From positions 1-64,000 of the forward strand of contig JBBRLJ010000020.1 in the NCBI GenBank assembly GCA_038231435.1: a stretch of DNA of 64,000 nt, given 5' to 3'. The translations under genes were made by a program, and so were the position numbers. This DNA is from Planctomycetota bacterium. Lineage in GTDB: Bacteria; Planctomycetota; UBA11346. Positions 1-9,230 of the stretch are shown one piece after another (the stretch's first letter is position 1; each line of letters starts with the position of its first letter). The notes beneath the pieces are model-generated. The model did no database searches, was not told the DNA's origin, and saw only the letters and a list, made by a program, of their open reading frames with translations.

Positions 1-74
1 ACGGCCTCCAGCTTGAACTCCTTGGTGTATTGCCTCCGGGTCTGCCTTCCTGCCTTCTCCTTAAAGCTGCTCAT
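1..74 (-). CDS. IS3-family transposase OrfA, N-terminal part (truncated by window)
   Basis: Translates MSSFKEKAGRQTRRQYTKEFKLEAV; RRxYTxEFKxEAV is the HTH_Tnp_1 start motif; purine-rich RBS (GGGGAGAAGAAGG) upstream. Confidence 0.88.
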   Translation of the reverse strand, partial: MSSFKEKAGRQTRRQYTKEFKLEA

Positions 75-140
75 GCCTTCTTCTCCCCTGCGACATCGTC
101 TGTCGCTTATCTGGGAGTCCACCAAAGCGGGGGAAGATCA
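1..140 (-). mobile_element. IS3-family insertion sequence, left end (element continues beyond the window start)
   Basis: The minus strand from 140 reads TGATCTTCCCCCGCTTTGGTGGACTCCC, a TG-initiated IS3-type terminal repeat, upstream of an OrfA-like ORF. Confidence 0.85.
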
Positions 141-186
141 GAATCGAGCAAATTCCATCAAGCTCGTCAGAGCTTAGAAAAATAGA

Positions 187-225
187 TGCCTGTCCTAAAC
201 TTTCTAAACTTTTGGTCAGAACTTT
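187..225 (+). repeat. Left inverted-repeat arm TGCCTGTCCTAAACTTT plus internal AACTTT-type subrepeats
   Basis: 187-203 matches the reverse complement of 1363-1379 at 16/17 positions; followed by CTAAACTTT (204-212) and CAGAACTTT (217-225). Confidence 0.8.
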
Positions 226-395
226 TGGCCCAGCTGGTGAGCTGAGAGAGCGCTGGCTACCTGGAGCGGGAGTCGGTCCGCCTCCGCACGATTCACTCCA
301 GCGTCTGGGAATTTGCCACCTCGATGCCTAACACCCCGGAGGTATGCCTGCCCAGCCGCGCTGTATGATCGTCGCCATAGTCCCCCGGAGACGTC

Positions 396-1274
396 ATGCT
401 GCCAGAACACTATCTCGTCGCCGGCCTCGATGCGCTCGCGCGTTCCCACCCCACGCCCGCGTCAGAACCAGGCTTCGGCGACGGCCATCGCGGCGCGGCC
501 CTGCTCTCGGCCTATTTCATTCTGAAGGACGATCTCATCGAGGCGCAGGCCGAAGCCCCGATGCGGGCCTTGGCCGACCATTTCACCAAGCTACCCGTGT
601 TCGCGCCCCTGCCGCCGGAGCCCTCGGCGCCCCGCGAACTCGATCGCCTGCTGTCGGCGCTTGCACGCTCCTTCGGCACCGATCAAGCCCACGGTGTGAT
701 CTTTCCGAGCCTGGCGCTGCGTGCCCTCCACCAGCGACCGGACCTGATCACGCGTTCCCGCATCGATGGCCTCCTGCGAATCGCCGAAGCCTACACGCTC
801 GAGGAACCGTCTTCCGATCCGCTGCCCGATCGGCCGTTCGCCGCTGGCGCCTTCGCCGACCAGGTCCTTGCAGGTTTCGTCGCGTCGACCCAGGCCTTTC
901 GCGGATTCTTTCAGGGCGGGCCCTTCCACATCCTGACCTTCGGCCAAGCGGTCCAGGACCTCAATGCCCTGGGCTACATCGATCTGGCCCGCAGGGCTGA
1001 GACTGGATTCCGAGTCATGCTTGCCAACTGCCTGCTCGGTCCGAGCGGCCCTAAACCTGGATTGGCATTTCCCGTCACGGATCCGTCTCCGCAATCAGTG
1101 CGTCCAGACCAGGCTGCCTTCTGGCAGCCATTGCCGTGGGGTCCAGAGTTCGCGAAGGGCCTGGGGCACATCATCAAGTATGCCTACGCCTTCAACGCAT
1201 TGAGCCGGCACGCTACGGATGCCGATGGCCTCGCTCGGGCGCGGGCGCAGTACTATCTCTCCGCTTGGGGGTGA
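396..1274 (+). CDS. Hypothetical helical protein with four His-centred motifs
   Basis: 292-aa ORF with GGAG RBS; motifs DGHRGAA, AHGVIF, FHILTF, GHIIKY; no family recognised with certainty. Confidence 0.75.
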   Translation: MLPEHYLVAGLDALARSHPTPASEPGFGDGHRGAALLSAYFILKDDLIEAQAEAPMRALADHFTKLPVFAPLPPEPSAPRELDRLLSALARSFGTDQAHGVIFPSLALRALHQRPDLITRSRIDGLLRIAEAYTLEEPSSDPLPDRPFAAGAFADQVLAGFVASTQAFRGFFQGGPFHILTFGQAVQDLNALGYIDLARRAETGFRVMLANCLLGPSGPKPGLAFPVTDPSPQSVRPDQAAFWQPLPWGPEFAKGLGHIIKYAYAFNALSRHATDADGLARARAQYYLSAWG

Positions 1275-1340
1275 CCGTCTCCCGTGACGCCCGTGCATTT
1301 CTCGTCGGGAGAGACATCGTCCCTCGGTAAGGTTCACGGA

Positions 1341-1379
1341 GTAAAGCTCTGTAAAGTTCTGTAAAGTTCAGGACAGGCA
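1341..1379 (-). repeat. Right inverted-repeat arm with 10-bp tandem unit GTAAAGYTCW x3
   Basis: GTAAAGCTCT GTAAAGTTCT GTAAAGTTCA GGACAGGCA; the reverse complement mirrors 187-225. Confidence 0.8.
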
Positions 1380-1523
1380 CTTTTTTAGATAAGACTCTCA
1401 TGGATCTCATGAAGAAATGATATTCACCGCCCTGTGCTAAACGACTCATCCGTTGACGAAGTTCCTTTCACTCACCAGGATCGCGAACCCTGTAAGAAAC
1501 CTCCGCTGACAAAAAGGTCCTTC

Positions 1524-2054
1524 ATGCCCCTCGCCATCCGCATTCCTCTCCCTTTCGATCCACGGTCGTTCGCCGCTGTGGCGTTGTCGCTCGTGGCGTG
1601 GTCGACGCCGGCGGCGGCGGCGATCTCTGGCTGGGACATCAAGCCGCGGAGCATCTCGATAGCGGCCGCCAATGTGCCGGCGATCGAGGGCGGAGCGGAT
1701 CAGGTGTTCGTGGTCACGCTCAGCCAGCCGAGTTATATCCCGGTCACCGTGCGCTATACGCTCGGTGGGACCGCGAGCCCCGGCATCGATTATACCGGGC
1801 CCACGCTGGCGGTGACCATTCCCGCCGGATCGAGGACCGGGACGATCGTAGTGCATGCCATCTCAGATGGACTCACGGAAGTCGACGAGACGGTGGTGGT
1901 CACCCTCGCCGGATACACCTCGACCTCGCCGATCGCGCCCTACAGCTGCGGAGGCACGGCGGTCATCCACATCAAGGATGCTGGATACACCACCCCGACG
2001 CCGCCGCCCCAGGTCCCACAGGGCTGGGATGTGACCACGCACAAGAAGGTCTGA
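1524..2054 (+). CDS. Secreted Calx-beta domain protein
   Basis: Signal-like N-terminus; motifs VVTLSQPS..VTVRYTLGGTA..GIDY and DGLTEVDETVVVTL typical of Calx-beta; AAAAGG upstream of ATG 1524. Confidence 0.8.
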   Translation: MPLAIRIPLPFDPRSFAAVALSLVAWSTPAAAAISGWDIKPRSISIAAANVPAIEGGADQVFVVTLSQPSYIPVTVRYTLGGTASPGIDYTGPTLAVTIPAGSRTGTIVVHAISDGLTEVDETVVVTLAGYTSTSPIAPYSCGGTAVIHIKDAGYTTPTPPPQVPQGWDVTTHKKV

Positions 2055-2085
2055 CCTCGGCAGCGCTGGCCTGCCGGGCAGCGCG

Positions 2086-2463
2086 CTAGACCTCGACCTC
2101 GATGGCCCCCTCGGTGATGCGCACCGGATAGGTTGCGACCTTCACACCGGTGGGGCCGCGGGTGACTTCGCCGGTGAGCAGGCTGAACAGCCAGCCGTGG
2201 CCGACGCACATCACCTGCTCGTCCTGTACCGGGCCCTGCGACAGGCTCACGCCGGCGTGCGGGCACATGTCCTTGAGCGCGTACCACTTCTCGGCGTGGT
2301 GGTAGACGCCGATGCGGCGCGCGCCGATCTTCACCACGCGACCGCCATTCACTGGCCATTCGGCGGCCTTCCCCACCGCGGTCCAGGCTGGCGCCGCGGG
2401 CGCCGGCGGTGGCACCGGCACGGCTGGCTGCTGCGGTTGCTGGGGCGAGGTCGGTTCGTTCAT
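2086..2463 (-). CDS. Rieske [2Fe-2S] ferredoxin (NirD/dioxygenase ferredoxin-like)
   Basis: CPHAG...CVGHGW Rieske ligands; ATGA overlap with the nadB stop. Confidence 0.9.
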   Translation of the reverse strand: MNEPTSPQQPQQPAVPVPPPAPAAPAWTAVGKAAEWPVNGGRVVKIGARRIGVYHHAEKWYALKDMCPHAGVSLSQGPVQDEQVMCVGHGWLFSLLTGEVTRGPTGVKVATYPVRITEGAIEVEV

Positions 2464-4142
2464 GGGTGCTCTCCGGCCTGCAAGGCCATGCGGGGCTGAT
2501 CGTCGTCCGCGCGGACGTAACCGTGGTGGCTCACATCGATGGCACCGCGCGAGTCGGCGCGGGTGTGGGTACCGACCGAGCATTCGCGCAGTTCGGCGGC
2601 CGACGCCACCAGGCTGCCGACCAGCAGCTGGTTCTGCAGCTCCCAGCCGGCGCGATCGCGGAACGAGCCGCGCGCCTGGTGGGTCATCCAGAACGCCAGG
2701 CTGCGGCGCGCGACCGCGAGCTCGGCACCGGTGCGCTCGATGCCGACCTGGCGCCACATCAGGGCGCGCACGCTGCGCACCAGGTCGGACACGTCGAGGC
2801 CTTCGGGCGCCGGATCGGGCATGGGGGTGGATGCGCGCACGCGGCCGGGTGGCGCGGCGCGGCGGCCGGCGTCGGTGCCGGCGCGGATGCCCATCACCAG
2901 GCCTTCGAGGATGCTGTTGGAGGCCAGGCGGTTGGCGCCGTGCAGGCCGGTGCACGCCACCTCGCCCGCGGCCCACAGTCCGGGGACCGAGGTGACGCCG
3001 CGGCGGTCGGTGATCACGCCGCCGCAGTGGTAGTGCGCGCTCGGATGCACCGGCATCCAGGCGGTGGCGATGTCGATGCCGAGCTTGGCGCAGGCGTTGA
3101 AGATGGTCGGGAAGCGCCCGCGCAGGAATTCTGCGCCCAGGTGGGTGGCGTCGAGCCACACGTGCGGGAAACCGGTGCGGCGGATCTCGCTGATGATGGC
3201 GCGCGTCACCACGTCGCGCGGCGCCAGCTCGGCGTCCGGGTGGTAGCGCGGCATGAAGCGTTCACCGTCGTTGTTCTTGAGCACCGCGCCCTCGCCACGC
3301 ATCGCTTCGGTGACGAGCAGGCGCGCGCCGCCGGCGATGTACAGCGTGGTGGGATGGAACTGCATGAACTCGAGATCGGCGAGCGCGGCGCCGGCGCGGT
3401 AGGCCATCGCCAGCCCGTCACCGGTGGCGACCGGGGGATTGGTGGATTCGCGCCACACCCGGCCGCAGCCGCCGGTGCAGAGGATGGTCTCGGCGGCGAG
3501 CGCGGCGACCAGCTCCTCGCGCCGGTAGTAGAGCACGCCGTCGATGCGTCCCGCACCTGCAGCGTCTCCAGCAGCGCCGATGAGATCGATGGCGAAGGCG
3601 TTCTCGATGACCTCGATCAGGGGATGGGACTCGACCGCCGCCGCCAGGCTGCGCACGATCTCGGCTCCGGTGGAATCGCCGTTGGCGTGCAGGATACGCC
3701 GCGCGCTGTGGCCGCCCTCGCGGGTGAGCGCGACCGCGCCCGCGGCGCCCTTGTCGAACAGGCAGCCGTGCCGGCGCAGGAGCTCGATCGATTCGGCGGC
3801 GTCGCCGAGGATGTCGCGCACCATCGTCTCGTCGCACAGCCCGGCTCCGGCCTGCAGCGTGTCGCGCACATGCAGCTCGACGTCGTCGGACAGCTCGCGC
3901 TCGTCGCTGCCGAGCACCGCCGCGACGCCGCCTTGCGCCCACGCGGTATTGCTGTCCTGCATCATGCCCTTGGCCAGGACCAGCACTTCCTTGCCGTGAT
4001 CGGCGGCGGCGAGCGCGGCGCACAATCCGGCCACGCCTCCACCGACCACCAGCACATCAGCCTCGAGGTGGGGCCGACGACGCAGATCGTAACCCAGCAG
4101 ATACCGAGGCGCCCAGGGGCCGGGCCGTAGATCCGCGCGCAT
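2460..4142 (-). CDS. nadB: L-aspartate oxidase
   Basis: GGGVAG FAD motif, AQGGVAA, REGGHS..RILH, EFMQFHPT, ELAPRDVV, HYHCGG, GLHGANRLASNS. Confidence 0.93.
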   Translation of the reverse strand: MRADLRPGPWAPRYLLGYDLRRRPHLEADVLVVGGGVAGLCAALAAADHGKEVLVLAKGMMQDSNTAWAQGGVAAVLGSDERELSDDVELHVRDTLQAGAGLCDETMVRDILGDAAESIELLRRHGCLFDKGAAGAVALTREGGHSARRILHANGDSTGAEIVRSLAAAVESHPLIEVIENAFAIDLIGAAGDAAGAGRIDGVLYYRREELVAALAAETILCTGGCGRVWRESTNPPVATGDGLAMAYRAGAALADLEFMQFHPTTLYIAGGARLLVTEAMRGEGAVLKNNDGERFMPRYHPDAELAPRDVVTRAIISEIRRTGFPHVWLDATHLGAEFLRGRFPTIFNACAKLGIDIATAWMPVHPSAHYHCGGVITDRRGVTSVPGLWAAGEVACTGLHGANRLASNSILEGLVMGIRAGTDAGRRAAPPGRVRASTPMPDPAPEGLDVSDLVRSVRALMWRQVGIERTGAELAVARRSLAFWMTHQARGSFRDRAGWELQNQLLVGSLVASAAELRECSVGTHTRADSRGAIDVSHHGYVRADDDQPRMALQAGEHP

Positions 4143-4297
4143 GCCGGAATGATCGAAACCCGTACCAGCCCCGCCAGTGCCTAAATCCGACTAGGGGGAG
4201 CGCCGAGAGTACGAGATATCGGTGGTGATACGTGATCTGGTCAAACCTTCCCGTGACGACTTGGTGGCGGTTCGATCTGGTTCCGTCCTGGTGTCCG

Positions 4298-5605
4298 TCA
4301 GAGCGACTTCACCGCATCCATGAATTTGCGCCCCCGGTCCTCGAAGCCCCGGAACATGTCGAACGAGGCACAGGCGGGGCTGAGCAGTACGCAGCCGCCG
4401 GAGGGCAGTTTCGCGCGCGCGAGGGCCACCGCTTCGGCGAGGGTCGCCGCGGCCGGCGCGCGCAGTCCGTAGAGGGCGAGGGCGGCGGCGATCTTCGGCC
4501 CGGTCTGACCCATCACCACCGGGATGGCGCCGCGACGCGCCGTTGCCGCGGCCAGCTCGATGAACTCGGCGCCCTTGTCCGAACCGCCGAGGATGACCGC
4601 CAGCGGTCCAGGGATGGCGTTCATCCCGGCGATGGCGGATTCCGGAGTGGTCGCGATCGAGTCGTTGATGTAGCGGTAGCCGTCCTGCTCGTGCACCGTC
4701 TCGAGCCGATGCGGGAGTCCGCGCACGCCCCGCAGCCGCGCCGGGATCTCTGCCGCCGAGACGCCCAGCTCGAGTGCGGCGGCGATCGCCAGGCAGGCGT
4801 TGCGCGCGTTGTGGTCGCCAGGCAGATGCAGGTCGTCACGGCGCGCGATCTGGGTGCCATCGGCGGCGCGGAAGGCGCCCTCGAGCGCCACCAGCTTGGG
4901 CAGCCGCCGCGCAGAGCGCAGGCCCATCTGCTCCATCTCGGGCGCAACCGCGCAGGCCCCGGCCCAGGTCAAGAGGCCCAGCTTGGCTTGGCGGTAGTGC
5001 TCGACCGTGGGATGCCAGTCGAGGTGATCCTTGGCGAAACTGGTGAACAGCGCCACCTCGAAGCGCGGACGCTGATCGCTGAGGTACCAGAGCTGGAAGC
5101 TCGACAGCTCGCAGACCAGCGGCGCGTCCACGCCCTCGCGCGCGAGCCAGTCGAGCAGCGGCTCGTGACTGTTGCCGGCGACCTGCCAGCCGAGCAGCGC
5201 GGCGGTGATGGTGGCGGTGGTGCTCTTGCCCTTGGTGCCGGTGACGGCGACGCGCCGGCCGCGATGCGCGGCGAAGAACAGGCCCTCGGGCGAGGTGCGG
5301 GGCGGATGTGCCGCGGGCCACGCGGATGGCGGGATGGCCGGCGAGGCCACCACCAGGTCGGCTGCGGCGAAGGCGGGATCGCCAGCGTCACCGACGTGCC
5401 AGGTCCAGCCCGACGCGATGGCCTTGGCGCCGGCGTCCGCGAAATCGCCGGCCGGCCGCCGTTCGAGCACCGATACCCGGGCCCCGCGGGCCGCGCACCA
5501 GGTGGCGGCCGCGAGCCCGCCACCGTGGCTGCCGAATCCCCACACCAGCACCTTGCGGCCGGCGAGATCCGCGCTGGCGGGCGAAGCCGGAGCCGAAGCC
5601 GTCAT
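4298..5605 (-). CDS. murD: UDP-N-acetylmuramoyl-L-alanine--D-glutamate ligase
   Basis: VTGTKGKSTT, ELSSFQL, DHLDWH, HRLE, NDSIATTP, GGSDKG, LLSPACASFDMF..FEDRG. Confidence 0.95.
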   Translation of the reverse strand: MTASAPASPASADLAGRKVLVWGFGSHGGGLAAATWCAARGARVSVLERRPAGDFADAGAKAIASGWTWHVGDAGDPAFAAADLVVASPAIPPSAWPAAHPPRTSPEGLFFAAHRGRRVAVTGTKGKSTTATITAALLGWQVAGNSHEPLLDWLAREGVDAPLVCELSSFQLWYLSDQRPRFEVALFTSFAKDHLDWHPTVEHYRQAKLGLLTWAGACAVAPEMEQMGLRSARRLPKLVALEGAFRAADGTQIARRDDLHLPGDHNARNACLAIAAALELGVSAAEIPARLRGVRGLPHRLETVHEQDGYRYINDSIATTPESAIAGMNAIPGPLAVILGGSDKGAEFIELAAATARRGAIPVVMGQTGPKIAAALALYGLRAPAAATLAEAVALARAKLPSGGCVLLSPACASFDMFRGFEDRGRKFMDAVKSL

Positions 5606-5615
5606 GGCCGCGGAC

Positions 5616-6584
5616 TCAGAGCCAATGCTTGCGCCTGAAGTACCACAGGGTCAGCCCCACCGAGGTGATCATCAGGGCGAGCGCGAACTCGTAGCCGTAG
5701 TGCCAGTTCAGCTCGTGCATCTTGTCGGCGCCGAAATTCATGCCGTAGATGCTCGCGATCAGGGTCGGCGGCATGAAGATCACCGCCGCGATCGAGAAGA
5801 TCTTGATGATGCGGTTCTGATCCATGGTGATCAGGCCGAGCGTGGCATCGAGCAGGAAGTTGATCTTGTTGGCGGTGAACGAGGCGTGGTCGGAGAGCGA
5901 ATGGATGTCGTGGATCGCGGCCTTCAGGCGCGCGCGGATATCGGCGTTCATCCAGTCCTGGGCCGCCTGCTCGGCGAAGGCGATCACGCGGTTCTTGTCG
6001 AGCAGGCTCTCGCGCACCTTGCCGCTGATGTTGCCGCAGGTGCCGATCTTGACGATCGCGCGCTGGAGATCGACCTCGAGGTCGGCGGCGCGGCGCCGGA
6101 AGATCTGCTGCGAGATATGCTCGAGCTCGATCGAGACCAACTCGAGCAAGTCGGCGAGGCGCTCGACGGTGATCTCCATCAGGCTCAAGAATACCAGCTC
6201 GGCGGTGTTGGCTCCGGACTTGGGCGCGCGCTGGCCGAAGGTGCGGAACGACCATGGCTCGGCGTAGCGCAGCGTGATCAGGCGATCAGGGCAGAGGATG
6301 AAGGTGACCGCTGAGGTCTCGGGATTCTCGGTCTCGGTCTTGATCAGGTGCGTCGCGGTCATGTACGCGACCTTGCCCTGGCGGTAGAGGCGGCTCGAGG
6401 CCTCGATCTCCTGTTGCTCGGCGCGCGTCGGGATGTCGATCCCAAGCCGCTCCTCGACCAGGTTCTCCTCCTCGCGCGTGATGTCGATCAGGTCGAGCCA
6501 CACCGTGCCATCGGGAACGCGGTCGACGATGGGGCCATCGTGTCGCACGACTCCCTTGTCGGTGGCGATCCAGGCGTTGATCAT
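5616..6584 (-). CDS. corA: Magnesium/cobalt transporter CorA
   Basis: EIEASSRLY, PPTLIASIYGMNF..MHEL signature, two C-terminal TM helices; start placed at MINAW. Confidence 0.93.
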   Translation of the reverse strand: MINAWIATDKGVVRHDGPIVDRVPDGTVWLDLIDITREEENLVEERLGIDIPTRAEQQEIEASSRLYRQGKVAYMTATHLIKTETENPETSAVTFILCPDRLITLRYAEPWSFRTFGQRAPKSGANTAELVFLSLMEITVERLADLLELVSIELEHISQQIFRRRAADLEVDLQRAIVKIGTCGNISGKVRESLLDKNRVIAFAEQAAQDWMNADIRARLKAAIHDIHSLSDHASFTANKINFLLDATLGLITMDQNRIIKIFSIAAVIFMPPTLIASIYGMNFGADKMHELNWHYGYEFALALMITSVGLTLWYFRRKHWL

Positions 6585-6702
6585 GGCGTCCGCGCATGCT
6601 CCGCTGGCACCCACAAGGATGCAAGCACTGGCCGGTCTCCTAAGCCCCCCTCGCGAGGACCCTGGGAAGCAGCCGCACCCTGCGAGACTGAGGTCCGGCG
6701 GT

Positions 6703-7362
6703 TCATGAGCCGAGCGGCAGCAGCGCCGCCGCTCCCGCCAGCACCAGGGGCAGGCGCCACGGACCGGCCGCGGTGATCGCGGCCACGCCGCAGGCGACCG
6801 CCATCGTCCATGGAGCAGTGGGCCAGGACGGCGGCGACGCGGTGGCGAGCAGCCACCAGGCGATGACTCCGAGCGCCACCACCGCAACGCCACGGATGCG
6901 ACGCCAGCGCGCCTTGGGCAGCCATCCGGGCGTCGCGCGGCGCAGATCGGCTTCGCAGGCGAGGATCGCCAGCGGCATCGGGCACAGCGACAGGACCATC
7001 GCCAGCATGGTGCGCAGGCCCCAGCCGCTCGGTGAACGGCCCCCAGCCGCCAGCGGCTGCCAACACCACGCCGTCCAACCCGAGGCCGCGAGCGCAGCCA
7101 CCACCTGCCACCACCCGACACGCACCAGTCCGTGGGCAAGCGGCTGGGTGTAGGCCTTGGCCACGCCCTGCGGCGCGAGGAACAGCGCCAGCAGGGCGAA
7201 CGAAACCGCCATTCCGACCCAGCCCAGGACGCGGCTCGCGCGGCCTCCGCCGGCTATGCCGCAGGCGATGCCCGCGGCAGCGGCGAGCAGCGGCGGCGTC
7301 AGCGCGACGATGACCACGTGCAGATCGAGATGTCCAGGAGGAACCAGCTGCTGCGCGGGCAT
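6703..7362 (-). CDS. Hypothetical integral membrane protein
   Basis: Several hydrophobic segments; fills the gap between corA and the divergent gene; start uncertain (7362 or 7395). Confidence 0.55.
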   Translation of the reverse strand: MPAQQLVPPGHLDLHVVIVALTPPLLAAAAGIACGIAGGGRASRVLGWVGMAVSFALLALFLAPQGVAKAYTQPLAHGLVRVGWWQVVAALAASGWTAWCWQPLAAGGRSPSGWGLRTMLAMVLSLCPMPLAILACEADLRRATPGWLPKARWRRIRGVAVVALGVIAWWLLATASPPSWPTAPWTMAVACGVAAITAAGPWRLPLVLAGAAALLPLGS

Positions 7363-7409
7363 GCGGCATTGCAGGCCCGCGCGGCCGCTGAGCAACCGTC
7401 AATCCGCCC

Positions 7410-9218
7410 ATGGCCACGATGCCACGGAGCGGGAATCCGATTGCCAGTCGAACGACCTGGGCGCAACGTCTGGCCATGCTCGCGCGATTCCTGTGGCCGG
7501 TCCAAGCGGCTTGCCAGCGCTGGTCGCGGTCGGTCCTGGCGCTCGCGACCGCATTGGCCGCGGTCGGACTCGTCATGGGCTGGCGTTGCCGACCACCGGA
7601 CAGCGCCTGGCCGGCGGGCGGAGCGGCCGCGTTGCTGTTCATGGCGCTCGCCATCGCCGAGGTAGCGGAGTCGCCGTGGCTGCGGCTGTGGATCGGCGCA
7701 GCCGTCAGTGTCGCCGCGGGGCTCGGCGCGGGCCTGCTCGCCGGCATCGATCCCTCATTGCTGCCACTGCTCGCGGGCGCCTGCTGCGTCACGCTGCTGC
7801 CGCTGGTGGCGGCCATCGCCGGTACGAGCACCATCGATGCCCTGCCGTCGGCGATCACCCGCGGCACCTCCCAGCTCGCCATCACCGGACAGCTGGCGTT
7901 GGTCGCGATGCTGCCCTTCGGCTGGCCAGGAGTCATCGGCACCGCGGTCGCGAGTCTCTCTTCCATCGCGGTGCTCGCCGCCGCAACGACGCGCGTGCGT
8001 CTTCCTGCCGCCGCGCACCCTGGCCAGGCCCGGGCCCTGGCGGCCGAGGTCCGCCCGCGTCGGCGTGCGGTGCTGTGGGCGCGCGCGATGCTCGCGGCGC
8101 TCGGCGTGATCGCGCTCGGCCATCACTGGGATCTCGTCGGCCGAGACTGGCTGGCGCCGGCGCTACTTGCGCTGATTTGGGCGATGTCAACCGCCCGCCC
8201 CCTGATGGCGTTCCTGATCATCGCGCTCGGACACGCTGTCGCGGCTCAGGCGACCGCCTTGGCGACCCACGCGGGACTCCAGCCGCCGCAGGATCGCGCA
8301 GCGGCCGGAGCCGCCGCGCTCGGCATCGCCCAGGCTCTGCCGGTGATGGCGTGGTCGGCGAGCGAGCACGCACGGCGCCTCCGTCCGCTCCACGTCGGCG
8401 CGCTCGTCGCGATCATCTTGGCGGCGTCAGCCGCGCTCGGCGTCGCGCCAGCGGCGCTCGCCGCGGCGGCGACCGGCTGGGCGGTGGTGCACTCATGGGA
8501 GCGCTGGAAACTGCCGGCATCGAGGACGGGCGGGGGTCTTGCATCGGCGATGCGCGTTCACGACGGACTCGCCCCGTACGGGCGCTTCTATGCGCGGGCC
8601 AAGCTACGCTTCGACCCGGTGTACGGGCAGCTGGCGCACGAGACCGTGCCTTGGGGCCGCGTACTCGATGCGGGCTGCGGCCCGGGCCTGACCGCGGCCT
8701 TAGCCGCCGCCCGCGCGGACGTCACCGCGTATTGCGGCATCGATCTCGACGAGGACAAGCTGGTGGTCGCGCGGCGGGTGCTGCTCGCCAGCGGACACGC
8801 GCTCGACGATCGCTGGCAACTGCTGAAGGGCGCGCTGCCGTTGCCGCAGGCGTTGCCGCCGCGCTTCGACACCGCGCTGGCGCTCGACGTCCTGCACTAT
8901 TGGCCAGAGGAACGGCAGCGCGAGCTGCTGGCGCAGTTGCGCGGCGCCTTGTGCGCGGGAGGAAGGCTCTTCGTGCGCGAGGGAGTCGTCGACGCGGGCG
9001 GCAGCGCCGGCCGGGTCGGCGCGGCTGAACGCTTCACCACCCGCTTCGGGCTCAATCCGTCCACCGGACAGCTGTGCTTCCTGCCGCGCGAACGCATCGA
9101 GGCGTTGCTGGCCGAAGCCGGATTCCGCATCGAGGAATCGAGCGCGAGCGGCGCCGAGAACCGCCTGTGGCGCTGCGTGGTGGACGAGGCTGCGACGCCC
9201 GCGGCAGTCACCACGTGA
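7410..9218 (+). CDS. Polytopic membrane domain fused to a class I SAM-dependent methyltransferase
   Basis: ~370 aa hydrophobic N-terminal part; C-terminal YARAKLRFDPVY, VLDAGCGPG, GIDLD, ALDVLHY motifs. Confidence 0.8.
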   Translation: MATMPRSGNPIASRTTWAQRLAMLARFLWPVQAACQRWSRSVLALATALAAVGLVMGWRCRPPDSAWPAGGAAALLFMALAIAEVAESPWLRLWIGAAVSVAAGLGAGLLAGIDPSLLPLLAGACCVTLLPLVAAIAGTSTIDALPSAITRGTSQLAITGQLALVAMLPFGWPGVIGTAVASLSSIAVLAAATTRVRLPAAAHPGQARALAAEVRPRRRAVLWARAMLAALGVIALGHHWDLVGRDWLAPALLALIWAMSTARPLMAFLIIALGHAVAAQATALATHAGLQPPQDRAAAGAAALGIAQALPVMAWSASEHARRLRPLHVGALVAIILAASAALGVAPAALAAAATGWAVVHSWERWKLPASRTGGGLASAMRVHDGLAPYGRFYARAKLRFDPVYGQLAHETVPWGRVLDAGCGPGLTAALAAARADVTAYCGIDLDEDKLVVARRVLLASGHALDDRWQLLKGALPLPQALPPRFDTALALDVLHYWPEERQRELLAQLRGALCAGGRLFVREGVVDAGGSAGRVGAAERFTTRFGLNPSTGQLCFLPRERIEALLAEAGFRIEESSASGAENRLWRCVVDEAATPAAVTT

Positions 9219-9230
9219 GCCCCGCGTGGA

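Noticed and set aside
2086..2463. nirD of a nitrite reductase operon
   Set aside because: No nirB or nitrate-assimilation genes are adjacent, so only a generic Rieske ferredoxin call is made.
4143..4297. NAD-sensing riboswitch upstream of nadB
   Set aside because: No recognisable consensus or convincing stems; an Rfam search would be needed.
6585..6702. M-box (Mg2+) riboswitch upstream of corA
   Set aside because: The spacer is short and lacks recognisable M-box conserved sequence.
2409..9028. Long alternative-frame and antisense ORFs (e.g. 2409-4130+, 4232-5638+, 7157-9028+, and many similar ones across the window)
   Set aside because: Shadow ORFs expected at high GC; Arg/Ala/Gly-rich, without motifs, and overlapping well-supported genes.
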